From: an uncultured Holophagales bacterium
GTDB taxonomy: Bacteria; Acidobacteriota; Thermoanaerobaculia; Multivoradales; UBA5704
Reading direction: 5' to 3'
Assembly (NCBI GenBank): GCA_963842525.1
Contig: CAWJGT010000001.1
Coordinates: 744,629 to 808,628, forward strand
DNA: 64,000 bases
Shown here: in pieces, positions 31,708-40,806 of the stretch
How positions within the stretch are numbered: position 1 is the first letter of the stretch
Layout of the letters: each line of letters opens with the position of its first letter
Translations under genes and position numbers: made by a program
The notes under the pieces: generated by a model
The model's database searches: none
Seen by the model: the letters and a program-made list of their open reading frames with translations, nothing else
Told to the model about the DNA's origin: nothing

Positions 31708-31779
31708 ACTCAACCCGCAGGTGGTGTCGTATACGCCTGTGGGCGGGGTGCCGGCGAATATGTGAGGCAGAGGTTAGAC
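31708..31779 (+). other. Possible integron attC-like site
   Basis: RYYYAAC (ACTCAAC) at 31708 and GTTRRRY (GTTAGAC) at 31773, 72 bp span, 20 bp before a low-GC gene; internal pairing is weak. Confidence 0.4.
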
Positions 31780-31798
31780 GCAAAAGAAGCATGCTCGT

Positions 31799-32467
31799 AT
31801 GAAACAGACAATCGACAGTCGCTTTGCTGACCTAGTGGATCAAGGCCATCGCCTCTTAAGCGAGCTTCCTCTTGACAATAATAACCTCGGATATTGGGTG
31901 CTCAGGGAGTCTATCCCCAAATACCAGGCATGGATAGCCTCGACTGTTAACCTGCTAAGCAACATCGCGCTACCAGCAAGTTACTATGTCGAGGAAAGCA
32001 GACGATTGGTTTCCGACAAGGACTTGGCGAGGGGAATACCGACGCACGTAGTGCAGAAGCTTTGCGCTCTCCTTGTATCTGCCTACGAAGAATGGAATGC
32101 GGGGCTCCTTAAGAGAATTGAGTATGTGCTGATCGCGGCAACATTTGACGACTTCCTCGAACACGCTGCCCCTTATCATAAAGGAAATAAAAAAACAGAG
32201 GCCGCCGTTCTGGCGAGCGCTGTGCTTGAAGATACCATAAAGAAGATCGCCGAAAAGCAAGGCATAGAAACGAGTGGCAAGAGCTTGGAGCAACTAGTGG
32301 ATGCCCTCGTTAGCGCCTCGGTGTTTTCCTTAGTTCAAGGCAAGAGGGTAAAGGTCTATTCCGGAGTACGTAATCACGCGCTTCACGCTGAATGGGACCG
32401 TTTTGAAATCAGAGACGTCGGAGAGTTGATCAAGGGCACACGGACCCTTATCGAGGATTTTGTTTGA
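31799..32467 (+). CDS. HEPN-type (DUF4145-like) protein, low GC, cassette-like
   Basis: AAVLASAVLEDTIKKIA and RNHALH (RxxxxH); visibly more AT-rich than the flanks. Confidence 0.75.
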   Translation: MKQTIDSRFADLVDQGHRLLSELPLDNNNLGYWVLRESIPKYQAWIASTVNLLSNIALPASYYVEESRRLVSDKDLARGIPTHVVQKLCALLVSAYEEWNAGLLKRIEYVLIAATFDDFLEHAAPYHKGNKKTEAAVLASAVLEDTIKKIAEKQGIETSGKSLEQLVDALVSASVFSLVQGKRVKVYSGVRNHALHAEWDRFEIRDVGELIKGTRTLIEDFV

Positions 32468-32569
32468 TAGAAGCTGCGCATCGAACCCGCGCTTGCACCG
32501 GTCAGACGGCCATCGCCGCCTTCCGGTGAAGCGACTAGCGCACGCTGGTCGGCTTGATATCACGAAGGA

Positions 32570-32806
32570 ATGCCAAGCTTCACACACCTGCAGGGCCAAT
32601 ATCTCGCTTTCATCGACGCGTACACGAAAGTGAGCGGTCGTCCACCGGCGGAGGCTGACTTCCTGCGCTACTTCAAAGTCTCGCCGCCCTCGGTCCACCA
32701 GATGATCCTTACGCTTGATCGCCTCGGACTCATTACACGTTTGCCGGGCCAAGCGCGATCCATTCGTCTGAATCTTCCGTCCAACGAGATTCCGCGTCTC
32801 GAGTAG
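32570..32806 (+). CDS. Small LexA-N/MarR-like winged-helix protein
   Basis: QGQYLAFIDAY..GRPPAEAD..FKVSPPSVHQMILTLDRLGLI.R.PGQARSI. Confidence 0.8.
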   Translation: MPSFTHLQGQYLAFIDAYTKVSGRPPAEADFLRYFKVSPPSVHQMILTLDRLGLITRLPGQARSIRLNLPSNEIPRLE

Positions 32807-32835
32807 GAGTGCAAGCCCAAAGGGCGTGGCGAAGG

Positions 32836-33028
32836 TGCCCCGAAGGGGCTCTGGCGTAAAGCCTGGCGCTTCAGCGCCAGGTTGGCGTTCCCCAAACTCT
32901 CCGGAGCCCCGAAGGGGCGCAGGCATTGCGTCAAATTTGCCGTCGCCCCTTCGGGGCTTGGAGGCGTGGAGGACCCTGACCTGGCGCTGAAGCGCCAGGC
33001 TTTATGCCTGCGCCCCTTCGGGGCTCCT
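32836..33028. repeat. REPIN-like inverted repeat cluster (GCCCCGAAGGGGC / CCTGGCGCTTCAGCGCCAGG family)
   Basis: Four GCCCCGAAGGGGC-type hairpins, two per orientation; CCTGGCGCTTCAGCGCCAGG and its reverse complement. Confidence 0.8.
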
Positions 33029-33079
33029 CGTCGCCGTCGTCGTTGGGCGCGTATTTATGGGATGGAGGATATCGGTTGG

Positions 33080-33444
33080 GGATACTGCCATCTGCTCCAG
33101 ATGAGCTACGACGCCCAGCGTAAGCTTATCCAAGCCAGATAAGCTTACACTGGCTCAGATAAGGGTATCCGCGCCAGATAGTGTTATCTGCGCCAGATAA
33201 GCCCACGCTGGCCTGGATAAGCTTATCTGCGCCGGATAAGCTTATCCACGCTGGATAACGTTATCTACGGCAGATAGTGTTATCTGGGGCAGATAAGCTT
33301 ATCTGCGCTGGATAAGCTTACACTGGCGTGGATACCGTTATCCGCGCTGGATAGTGTTATCTGCGGCAGATACGCTTATCCGTCTTGGATACGCTTATCT
33401 GCGCCGGATACGCTTACACTGAGCTGGATAACGTTCTCTACGTC
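33080..33444. repeat. Tandem array of ~19 units of 19-20 bp with palindromic core RGATAAGCTTATCY
   Basis: Units start at 33080, 33099, 33118, 33137, 33157, 33176, 33195, 33215, 33234, 33253, 33272, 33291, 33310, 33330, 33349, 33368, 33387, 33406, 33426. Confidence 0.9.
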
Positions 33445-33493
33445 AGATCATTTAAACAGCGGTGGATGTCTGTGGAGAAGGGCGCGGAACAAG

Positions 33494-33518
33494 GGGGAGC
33501 GTGGCGGGCACGCTCCCC
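33494..33518 (-). terminator. GC-rich hairpin downstream of the small helical-protein gene
   Basis: GGGGAGCGTG-GCGGG-CACGCTCCCC, perfect 10-bp stem. Confidence 0.5.
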
Positions 33519-33531
33519 GGAGGAGTGACAC

Positions 33532-33906
33532 TTACTGCGGATCGATCGCGAGGACCGCGGGAGTGGCGGGGTCGGGCGGCGTCTTGGCCTTGCGGCCGCG
33601 GAACGGCTGGAGGTGGAATTCCGCGAGCTTCTCCGACCGCAGGCCGTAGTGCTGCTGGAGGATCTTGCCTGCCGCGGTCGCCAGCCTTTCGCCTTCGGTG
33701 AGCAGCGTACGGATGCGCTTGCTCGCCTCCTGCTTGCTGGCGACGAGGGCGGCGTGCTCCCGCACGACTCCTTGCGCTTCGGCCAGGATCGCCTCGATCC
33801 GGACGCGAAGGCCTTCCAGGTGGGTGAGCTCGGCAGCGTTGGCGAGCAGCGCGGCGATGAATCGCGCCAGTGCGCCCAGCTTCCCTGCATAGGTACGTTC
33901 AGACAT
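33532..33906 (-). CDS. Small (124 aa) alpha-helical hypothetical protein
   Basis: AAGGAGA RBS before ATG; amphipathic helices ending HYGLRSEKLAEFHLQPFRGRK plus a Pro-rich tail. Confidence 0.8.
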   Translation of the reverse strand: MSERTYAGKLGALARFIAALLANAAELTHLEGLRVRIEAILAEAQGVVREHAALVASKQEASKRIRTLLTEGERLATAAGKILQQHYGLRSEKLAEFHLQPFRGRKAKTPPDPATPAVLAIDPQ

Positions 33907-34277
33907 TTTGCTTCTCCTTTTTGAGCCCGAGGGGGCTCGAACACCCGGCGCCGGAAGCGGCGCCTGATGTGTGCATAGAGTCCACGACTTTCCCGGCGGT
34001 GTCAAGAGCCTCGTTGACTTTCCCGGTCGACTGTGCGAGCCTCCTGCATATTGAAGGACGCGCGATGATGCCGATCGACCGAGCAGGACGATCGGGAACG
34101 CAAGGCTCTTTGACAATAGAGAAGGACGGCGGCCCCCGGGTCCAAGGGCGCCGCCGTCCGCCCGGACGGGTCCGCTGTGTTCCGGCGGACCCGGTCCCTG
34201 TTTCTCCGGCACCTACCCCTTGCAAGACTATGGGAAGGTGCGGTAACGTCTTCGCAGGCGAAAGAGGAGAGCCTGCG

Positions 34278-34622
34278 ATGGGACGTGAATCTGGAGATCT
34301 TCTGCAGGGGACGCTGGGTCTGTTGATCCTCAAGGCGCTGGCCGGCGAGGAGCGGCACGGCTACGGCATTGCGCGCTGGATCGAGGAGGTGACCGGCGGA
34401 GTGCTGCAGGTCGAGGAAGGGTCGCTCTACCCCGCGCTACGGCGGCTGGAGGACCGCGGCTTCGTCGAGTCGCGATGGGGGCTTTCGGAGAACAACCGCC
34501 GCGCCCGCTTCTATGCGGTCTCGCGCGCCGGCCGGCAGCACCTGCACGCCGACGCCTCCACGTGGATGCGCTTCGCCCGCGCCGTCATGGGCGCGCTCGA
34601 GGCCGAGCCGTCGGTCGTCTGA
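34278..34622 (+). CDS. PadR family transcriptional regulator (acidobacterial type)
   Basis: LLQGTLGLLILKAL..HGYGIARWI..VEEGSLYPALRRLE..WGLSENNRRARFY. Confidence 0.95.
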   Translation: MGRESGDLLQGTLGLLILKALAGEERHGYGIARWIEEVTGGVLQVEEGSLYPALRRLEDRGFVESRWGLSENNRRARFYAVSRAGRQHLHADASTWMRFARAVMGALEAEPSVV

Positions 34623-34633
34623 GGGCCCGGCCG

Positions 34634-37282
34634 ATGCGCGACCAGCCGCGTTGGCGCCGCTATCTGCGCTTCTGGGGGCCGGACGTCGAGGCGGACATCG
34701 ACGACGAGCTCCGCTTTCACCTCGACATGCGGGAGCGCGATTTCCGTGCCGCCGGTCTCCCGCCTGCCGTCGCCCGTGAGGAGGCCCTCGCCCGTTTCGG
34801 CGACCCCGATCAGGTGGCGCGCTGGCTGCGCGATCACGATACCCGAAAGCTCCGCCAGCACAGGAGGACCGAAGCGATGAGCGATCTGATGCAAGACACC
34901 CGCTATGGGCTGCGCAGGCTTTGGAAGGGGCCGGGCTTTACCCTGGCCGTCGTCCTGGTGCTCGCGCTCGGCATCGGCGCCACCACCGCGATCTTCAGCG
35001 TGCTCGACGCCGCCCTGCTGCGGCCCTTGCCGTATTCTGAGCCCGAGCGGCTGGTCGTGGTCCACGACCTGAGCCAGAAGGGCGAGGAGCTCCCCGTGTC
35101 ATTCCCCGAATACCTGAGCTGGAAGCAGGGGAAGGAGATCTTCGCTGACGTCGGCGCCTACTGGACGACGACGCACCCGCTGACCGGCGACGGCGAGCCG
35201 GAGATGCTTGCGGGCGTCCAGATGTCGGACAACCTGCCGCGGATGCTGGGGGTCTCTCCTCGCATCGGGCGTGCGTTCGCGCCAGGGGAGGAGAAGACCA
35301 GCGGCGAGCGCGTCGTGATGCTGAGCGAAAAGCTCTGGCGGCGCCGTTTCGGCGGCGACCCGAAGATCCTTGGCCGCACCATCAGGCTGTCGGACCACCC
35401 CTTCACCGTGATCGGGATCATTCCCCCGGGCCGGCGCTCGCTCGTTCCGACCGGCCTGGCCGCGGCGCGGGAGGCCGACTTCTGGATGCCCCTGCGGCTC
35501 GATACAGAAAACGCGGGCGACATGCATTTCATGGACGTGATCGGCCGGCTGCGCCCCAGGCTCGATTTCGCGCAGGCCCAGGACCGCATCGCCGACTTCG
35601 CCCGCCGGCTGCAGGAGACCGGAGCAACGGACCACGGCATCCGCCTGTCCCGGATGGAGCGGCTCGTGATCGGCGATGCGCGGCCGCTCCTCTTCGCCCT
35701 GGCCGGCGCCGCGATCATGGTTCTCCTCATCGTCTGCACCAATGTGGCCAACCTGCTCCTGGCGCGCGCGGCGGTGCGGCAGGGCGAGATCGCCGTGCGT
35801 GCGGCGCTCGGCGCGGCGCGCGGCCGGATCGTGCGGCAACTGCTGGTCGAGACCCTTCTCCTGGCGCTGCTCGGCGGCGCCGCCGGCGTGCTCGTGGCGC
35901 AGGCCGGCGTCGCAGGCCTCCGCGCGCTCGGCCCGGCCCGGATGCCGCGGCTCGCCGAGGCCACGGTGGATGCGCGCATGCTGGTTTTCGCGCTCGGCCT
36001 GTCCCTGCTCACCGGCCTGCTCTTCGGCCTGGTGCCCGCGCTGCGCGCCTCGCGCACCGACCTCGCCGAGGTCATGAAGGCCGGTGCGCGCGGCAGCATT
36101 GGCGGGCCGGTCCGCGACCGGTTGCGCGGCGCGCTCATCGTGGCCGAAGTGGCGCTCTCGTTCGCGCTGCTCATCGGCGCCGGCCTGCTCATCCGCAGCC
36201 TCGACCGGCTGCTCGCCGTCGACAAGGGTTTCGACGCCGAGCACGTGATCAGCGCCTTCGTCCTCCTGCCGACCACCTACGCCGAAAAAAGCCAGCAGAT
36301 CGCGTTTTTCCGCGAGCTGCACGAGCGCGTAGAAAGGCTCCCGGGCGTGCAGGCCGTGGCGTACGTCAGCACCCCACCCCTTGTAGGAGGGAGCTGGGGC
36401 GGGTTCGGCATCGAGGGCCGCACGTATCCGCGGGAAGCGGAACCGAACGCCCAGAAGCGGGTCGCCTCGCCGGGCTACTTCGAAGTGCTGCGCACGCGGG
36501 TCCTCACCGGGCGCGCCTTCGAGGAGCGGGACGCGGCCGGCGCGCCGACGGTGGTGATGGTCAACCAGGCTCTGGCGCGGCGCTATTTCCCCGGCGAGAG
36601 CCCGATCGGCAAACGCATCGACTTCCGGTGGGATACCAACGGCATGCAGGAGATCGTCGGCGTGGTCGCAGACATCCGGGAGCAGGGGCTTCACCAGCCG
36701 GCCGAGCCGTCGATCTACATCCCTCTGGCGCAGCGCCCGGACCCCTGGGCCTATCTCGTCGTGCGCACGGCGGGAGATCCGAAGAACATCGTCCCCTCGC
36801 TGCGCCAGGTGGTGACCTCACTCGATCGCAACCTGCCGCTCTCCGAGGTGCGTACGCTGGAGGACCTGGTGGACGAAGGGCTCGGGGAGCGCCGGCTCGC
36901 GATGTCGCTCTTCTCCGCCTTTTCCGTGCTGTCGCTGGTGCTCGCCGCCCTGGGCCTCTATGCCGTGATCAGCTACATGGTGATCCAGCGGCGGCAGGAG
37001 ATCGGCATCCGGATGGCTCTTGGCGCACGCGCCGAGCACGTCATCCGTTCGGTGTTGGGGCAGGGACTGGCGCTGATCGCGGCCGGCGCGGTGCTCGGCG
37101 CGCTCGCCGCCTTGGGTCTCGGGCGGTTCCTGGCGGGGCTCGTCTTCGGCGTCGGCACCACCGACCCCGCCACCTTCGCCGGCGTGGCGCTCCTGCTGGT
37201 CATGACGGCGCTCCTGGCGAGCGTGGTGCCCGCTCTCCGCGCCGCCCACCTCGATCCGGCGAGCGTGCTGCGCAGCGAGTAG
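34634..37282 (+). CDS. Duplicated MacB/FtsX-type ABC permease (ADOP-like)
   Basis: DIDDELRFHLDMR prefix, PGFTLAVVLVLALGIGATTAIFS, CTNVANLLLAR, EIGIRMALGA, DPASVLRSE. Confidence 0.93.
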   Translation: MRDQPRWRRYLRFWGPDVEADIDDELRFHLDMRERDFRAAGLPPAVAREEALARFGDPDQVARWLRDHDTRKLRQHRRTEAMSDLMQDTRYGLRRLWKGPGFTLAVVLVLALGIGATTAIFSVLDAALLRPLPYSEPERLVVVHDLSQKGEELPVSFPEYLSWKQGKEIFADVGAYWTTTHPLTGDGEPEMLAGVQMSDNLPRMLGVSPRIGRAFAPGEEKTSGERVVMLSEKLWRRRFGGDPKILGRTIRLSDHPFTVIGIIPPGRRSLVPTGLAAAREADFWMPLRLDTENAGDMHFMDVIGRLRPRLDFAQAQDRIADFARRLQETGATDHGIRLSRMERLVIGDARPLLFALAGAAIMVLLIVCTNVANLLLARAAVRQGEIAVRAALGAARGRIVRQLLVETLLLALLGGAAGVLVAQAGVAGLRALGPARMPRLAEATVDARMLVFALGLSLLTGLLFGLVPALRASRTDLAEVMKAGARGSIGGPVRDRLRGALIVAEVALSFALLIGAGLLIRSLDRLLAVDKGFDAEHVISAFVLLPTTYAEKSQQIAFFRELHERVERLPGVQAVAYVSTPPLVGGSWGGFGIEGRTYPREAEPNAQKRVASPGYFEVLRTRVLTGRAFEERDAAGAPTVVMVNQALARRYFPGESPIGKRIDFRWDTNGMQEIVGVVADIREQGLHQPAEPSIYIPLAQRPDPWAYLVVRTAGDPKNIVPSLRQVVTSLDRNLPLSEVRTLEDLVDEGLGERRLAMSLFSAFSVLSLVLAALGLYAVISYMVIQRRQEIGIRMALGARAEHVIRSVLGQGLALIAAGAVLGALAALGLGRFLAGLVFGVGTTDPATFAGVALLLVMTALLASVVPALRAAHLDPASVLRSE

Positions 37283-37333
37283 AACTGTATACAAGCCCCA
37301 GACAGATGGGCGCCCTCCTCGGGGAGGGAGGAG

Positions 37334-38266
37334 TCAGTGACTTGCGAGGTACTCCTGCCTGGTGTATCGATTGTAATAGCTTGCCCAGGTCTTTCCCATG
37401 GACGGATTTTCGACTTCGGAGGAAGGCCGGGGCACCCACACAGCAGTGATTTGATCGGGCTTGATCTCTTCCCAGACGGCGACTTCATTCTGTTCGGCGT
37501 GTGGATTTCTATGCTTGGTCAAAATGGTGTAGGCGACGTTGGCGTCGACCCCCTGGTACCATTCGATCTCGATTTCAAAGGCGTATTTGCCATAGCGTTC
37601 GTCCATGCCGGTGAGGTCCTTGGTAGTGGCAATCCAGTTGGATCCTTTGCCCTGATCGACCGTGATATGTGTTACGAGGTCTTCGTACCCGCTTCGGGTC
37701 CATCCGGTCGCGAAGACTATCGATGGATCCCTGTCGGTCCGCCGGTAGACGGTGCCGCCAGGGAAGAGGTATCCCCAGTAGCGCTTGGGCATGCCCGACG
37801 CAAGGAGCGCGTAGGCGGATGGCGAGCTGCTGCCTGGATTGATGGAAATCGTGAGAGCTGCGCTCCCGGAAGAGGAAGAAGAGGAGGAAGAAGAAGAAGA
37901 AGAGGAGGAAGAAGAAGAAGAAGAGGAGGAAGAAGAAGAAGAAGAGGAGGAGGAGGCGCGCTGGATGACCGGCGGTTTCGGCCCGTAAGGGGTTAGAACG
38001 CGGCCCCGCGGCGGAAGAGGCGCCACGGGAGGCGCGGGCCTGGCAGTGGGCCGGACGGGTGCCATCCGTGCCTGTACGGCCTGAAGTGCCGCCACCACGT
38101 GGGCGGCAGGTTGGCGCTCGGCCGTCGTGCGCTTGGCTTGGACCGATTTGACCGGCGGTCTTGTTGCGACAAGTGCCGCCTGGACATGGGCGGCCAAAGG
38201 CTTGGCCTGGACAGCGCCTACCGTTCTGATGAGGCCTGGTCGAGCCGGTGGAAACGGTGCGGGCAT
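37334..38266 (-). CDS. Putative pierisin/scabin-like ADP-ribosyltransferase toxin with QAK/VIQR leader and poly-Ser linker
   Basis: C-terminal VYRRTDRDPSIVFATGW..L..H..WIATTK..GVDAN..EQNEVAV..IKPDQI (R-S/T-QxE-type triad); N-terminal VQAK/AAHV repeats ending PPVIQR. Confidence 0.7.
   Translation of the reverse strand: MPAPFPPARPGLIRTVGAVQAKPLAAHVQAALVATRPPVKSVQAKRTTAERQPAAHVVAALQAVQARMAPVRPTARPAPPVAPLPPRGRVLTPYGPKPPVIQRASSSSSSSSSSSSSSSSSSSSSSSSSSSSSGSAALTISINPGSSSPSAYALLASGMPKRYWGYLFPGGTVYRRTDRDPSIVFATGWTRSGYEDLVTHITVDQGKGSNWIATTKDLTGMDERYGKYAFEIEIEWYQGVDANVAYTILTKHRNPHAEQNEVAVWEEIKPDQITAVWVPRPSSEVENPSMGKTWASYYNRYTRQEYLASH
37868..37954 (-). repeat. (TCT/TCC)n trinucleotide run encoding 29 consecutive serines
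   Basis: 87 bp of GGA/AGA triplets on the + strand. Confidence 0.95.
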
Positions 38267-38380
38267 GGTGCGGACTCCGGCGGTGGCGGCAAGCGTATCA
38301 CGCCTCCAGGCACCAAGGTGCCCCACGCCCTGGTTTGGTGGTTGCGAGAGATCGGCCGTGCGACCCAGAGTAGAGCTCTG

Positions 38381-39868
38381 CTACCGGCGCCCGGAGCCCG
38401 CGGTGGCCACCCGGGCGACGAGGACGGCGAGGGCGGTATCGGCCTCGCTGCTCTCGCCCTTGAGCTGCAGCTCGGTCTCCAGGAGGTCGGAGGGGAGCTT
38501 CGCCAGCAGGGGCTCGGGGAGACGGCTGGCGGCCAGGTAGGCGCGGTGGAGGCGGAAGGGGTGGAGGCCGGCCAGCGGGTTCTTGCCGCCGCCGGGGACC
38601 TCGCCCTGGAGGGCCGGAGCATGGCGGTCCTTGAACCGGCCGTAGTTCGCCTCGCCGGGCGGGATGCGGGCGGCGCGCATCATCCCGCGGATGGCGGTGA
38701 GCTGCCGGCAGAAGCCGGCGAAGAGCGAGAAGAAGGACAACCGGGCATTGAGCGGCTCCTCCGCCGAGGTCAGCAGCCGGTGCAGGCGGTCCAGGGCCTC
38801 GGCGCCGCGCCCGGCGGCCACCGCGTCCAGGAGCTGCCAGACGTCCTCCTCGCCGCGGTCCTCCACGGCCTGCTCGACCAGCTTGCGTTCGATCCGGCCG
38901 CCCTCGGGGACCAGGTTCGCCAGCTTGCGGTATTCGCCGGCAAGGCGGGCGGTCGAGTCGCCTTCGATGGCCTTGCTGGTGCGCCGGCCGTCGCTCTCCT
39001 GGCGCAGGGTGCGGTGGGCGAGCTCGGCCAGGGCGTCGGCCGCGATGGCCACGCCGGTCTGGCGCTCCAGCTCCTCGCCCAGGAGGTCGAGACCCTGCCA
39101 GCCGCCGCCCCGCTCCGCGGCCTCGATGCTGCCGGTGGCCAGCACGGCCTTGGCGAGCAGGCGGACCACCGGATGGTCTGCCGCCACCGTGCGCTCGGCC
39201 AGCACCAGGACGTGCCCCTCGGGCAGGCCGCCGCGGATCAGGTCGGCGAGCGCGGCGACGTCGCTGTCGCCCTGGCCCTGGATCCCCTCGCCGCGGGCCG
39301 CTTCGAGGAGGACGGCGAGGCCGGTGCGCAGCTCCTCGACCTGCTTCTTTGTCCGCGCCCGGGCGCCCTTGCCGCGGCGCGCGCCTTCGAGCACCCAGGC
39401 CGGCAGCTCGGCGAGCAGCCGCTCGGACGGCCCGGCGTAGGGGTCGAGGTCGAAGAGGTGCAGAGCCTGGAGGAGGCGCGAGGCAGCCTGCCGCTCACGG
39501 GCCGAGAAAGCGCGGGATTCGCCTCCGGGGCCGCCGGTGCCGGAAGCCAGCGGCAGTGCTTCGGCCGCGTCGTCGATCAGCTCGGCGGCGGCGGCGCGGT
39601 CCGCGAAGATGGCGGTATCGACCGCCAGGACCACCTTGGCGGTCGCGAACAGGGAGTAGGTCCGGAGGTCCTGCAGGAGATGGGAGAGCGACGTCGGGCG
39701 GCGGTGGGTCTCGATGCGGTCGGGAGCGCAGCCGAGGGCCTCGGCCAGGACCTCCGCGCTCCGCAGGGCCGCGGGCTCCGCCAGTACCAGGTCGCCGTGG
39801 ACGAGGCACACCTGGGGACGATGCCCGCGGCGCAGGGCCGCGAGGAAGCTCTCGACCGCGCCGGCCAA
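38381..39868 (-). CDS. holA: DNA polymerase III delta subunit-like protein (long form)
   Basis: VCLVHGD, DLRTYSLFATAKVV, E.RKLA, VWQLLDAV, HPFRL, LLETELQLKG. Confidence 0.65.
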   Translation of the reverse strand: MAGAVESFLAALRRGHRPQVCLVHGDLVLAEPAALRSAEVLAEALGCAPDRIETHRRPTSLSHLLQDLRTYSLFATAKVVLAVDTAIFADRAAAAELIDDAAEALPLASGTGGPGGESRAFSARERQAASRLLQALHLFDLDPYAGPSERLLAELPAWVLEGARRGKGARARTKKQVEELRTGLAVLLEAARGEGIQGQGDSDVAALADLIRGGLPEGHVLVLAERTVAADHPVVRLLAKAVLATGSIEAAERGGGWQGLDLLGEELERQTGVAIAADALAELAHRTLRQESDGRRTSKAIEGDSTARLAGEYRKLANLVPEGGRIERKLVEQAVEDRGEEDVWQLLDAVAAGRGAEALDRLHRLLTSAEEPLNARLSFFSLFAGFCRQLTAIRGMMRAARIPPGEANYGRFKDRHAPALQGEVPGGGKNPLAGLHPFRLHRAYLAASRLPEPLLAKLPSDLLETELQLKGESSEADTALAVLVARVATAGSGRR

Positions 39869-39892
39869 TCGATCGATCCCCTTCGGCGCGGC

Positions 39893-40303
39893 TCAGGAGG
39901 CTTCGGCTTCCAGGAGGCCCTTTTCGGCGAGCTCCTGGCAGTCGATGCAGAAGCGGGCCCAGGGCACCGCCTGGAGGCGCAAGGGGTGGATCTGGTTGCC
40001 GCAACTGGCGCAACGTCCGTAGGCCCCTGTGTCCATCCGGATCAGCGCATCCTCGATCTGGAGGAGCAGGGCACGCTCGCTGTCCGAGATCGAGAACATA
40101 AGCTCCCGATTGTAAGAATTGTTCGCTCGATCCACAATATCCTCGGTGCCGTCATCCGCCGACTCCTGCCCCGCCCGGACGTCCTGCTTGTACATGTTGA
40201 GGATCTCCTGCCGCTGTTCGAGCAGGCGTTTCCGCAGGTCTTCGTAGTTTTCCTGGGGAACCTCGGCAGTCTGCACCACCTTGGCCTTTTCTGTCTTGGC
40301 CAC
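39893..40303 (-). CDS. TraR/DksA family C4 zinc-finger regulator
   Basis: DIVD, IEDALIRM..GAYGRCASCGNQI..RLQAVPWARFCIDCQ. Confidence 0.92.
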   Translation of the reverse strand: MAKTEKAKVVQTAEVPQENYEDLRKRLLEQRQEILNMYKQDVRAGQESADDGTEDIVDRANNSYNRELMFSISDSERALLLQIEDALIRMDTGAYGRCASCGNQIHPLRLQAVPWARFCIDCQELAEKGLLEAEAS

Positions 40304-40329
40304 TCTGGCTTCTCCTTTCCACTCGTGAA

Positions 40330-40803
40330 TCAGGGCAGGCGATGATAACTCATTCCAGCTTCGATCGAGAGCGCACGGTAGAGCTGCTCATACAGCACGA
40401 CCCGTGCCAGCTCGTGGGACAGGGTGAGCCGGCCCAGCGACAGGGTCCAGCGGGCGGATTCGAGCACGGAGTGGTCGAGGCCGAGGTCGGAGCCGATGAG
40501 GAAGACCACGGGGTGGGGCCACTCGCCGCGCAGGCGGGCCAGACGGTCGGCGAGCTCCGGCGAATCGGGCGTCTCGCCGCTGCTGTCCAGGGCCACGGTC
40601 CAGACGGGCTGCGGGACGGCGGCGAGGAGCGCCTGCCCTTCGGTCTTCTGGCGCTGCGGGTCGTCGGCGCCGGCGCGCGCCCGGACCGGCAGGTCGCGCA
40701 CGGGCACCCAGCGGGAGAGCCGTTTCCGGTAGTCCGCGCAGATCTCTTCCCAACCCGAGCGGTGGTGGCGTCCGGCCCAGACGACGACGAGCTCGCGGCC
40801 CAC
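40330..40803 (-). CDS. rlmH: 23S rRNA (pseudouridine1915-N3)-methyltransferase
   Basis: ALDSSG..S.ELA, FLIGSDLGL, LSLGRLTLSHELARVVLYEQLYRA..YHR. Confidence 0.92.
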   Translation of the reverse strand: MGRELVVVWAGRHHRSGWEEICADYRKRLSRWVPVRDLPVRARAGADDPQRQKTEGQALLAAVPQPVWTVALDSSGETPDSPELADRLARLRGEWPHPVVFLIGSDLGLDHSVLESARWTLSLGRLTLSHELARVVLYEQLYRALSIEAGMSYHRLP

Positions 40804-40806
40804 CGG

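Noticed and set aside
33080-33444. CRISPR array
   Set aside because: Units are 19-20 bp in total with only 5-6 variable bases; there are no 25-45 bp unique spacers and no cas genes in the window.
38099-40345. Long antisense or alternate-frame ORFs (e.g. 38099-40345, 22048-24111, 58642-60600, 10076-12010, 5442-7247)
   Set aside because: Shadow ORFs expected in high-GC DNA opposite well-supported genes; no protein motifs.
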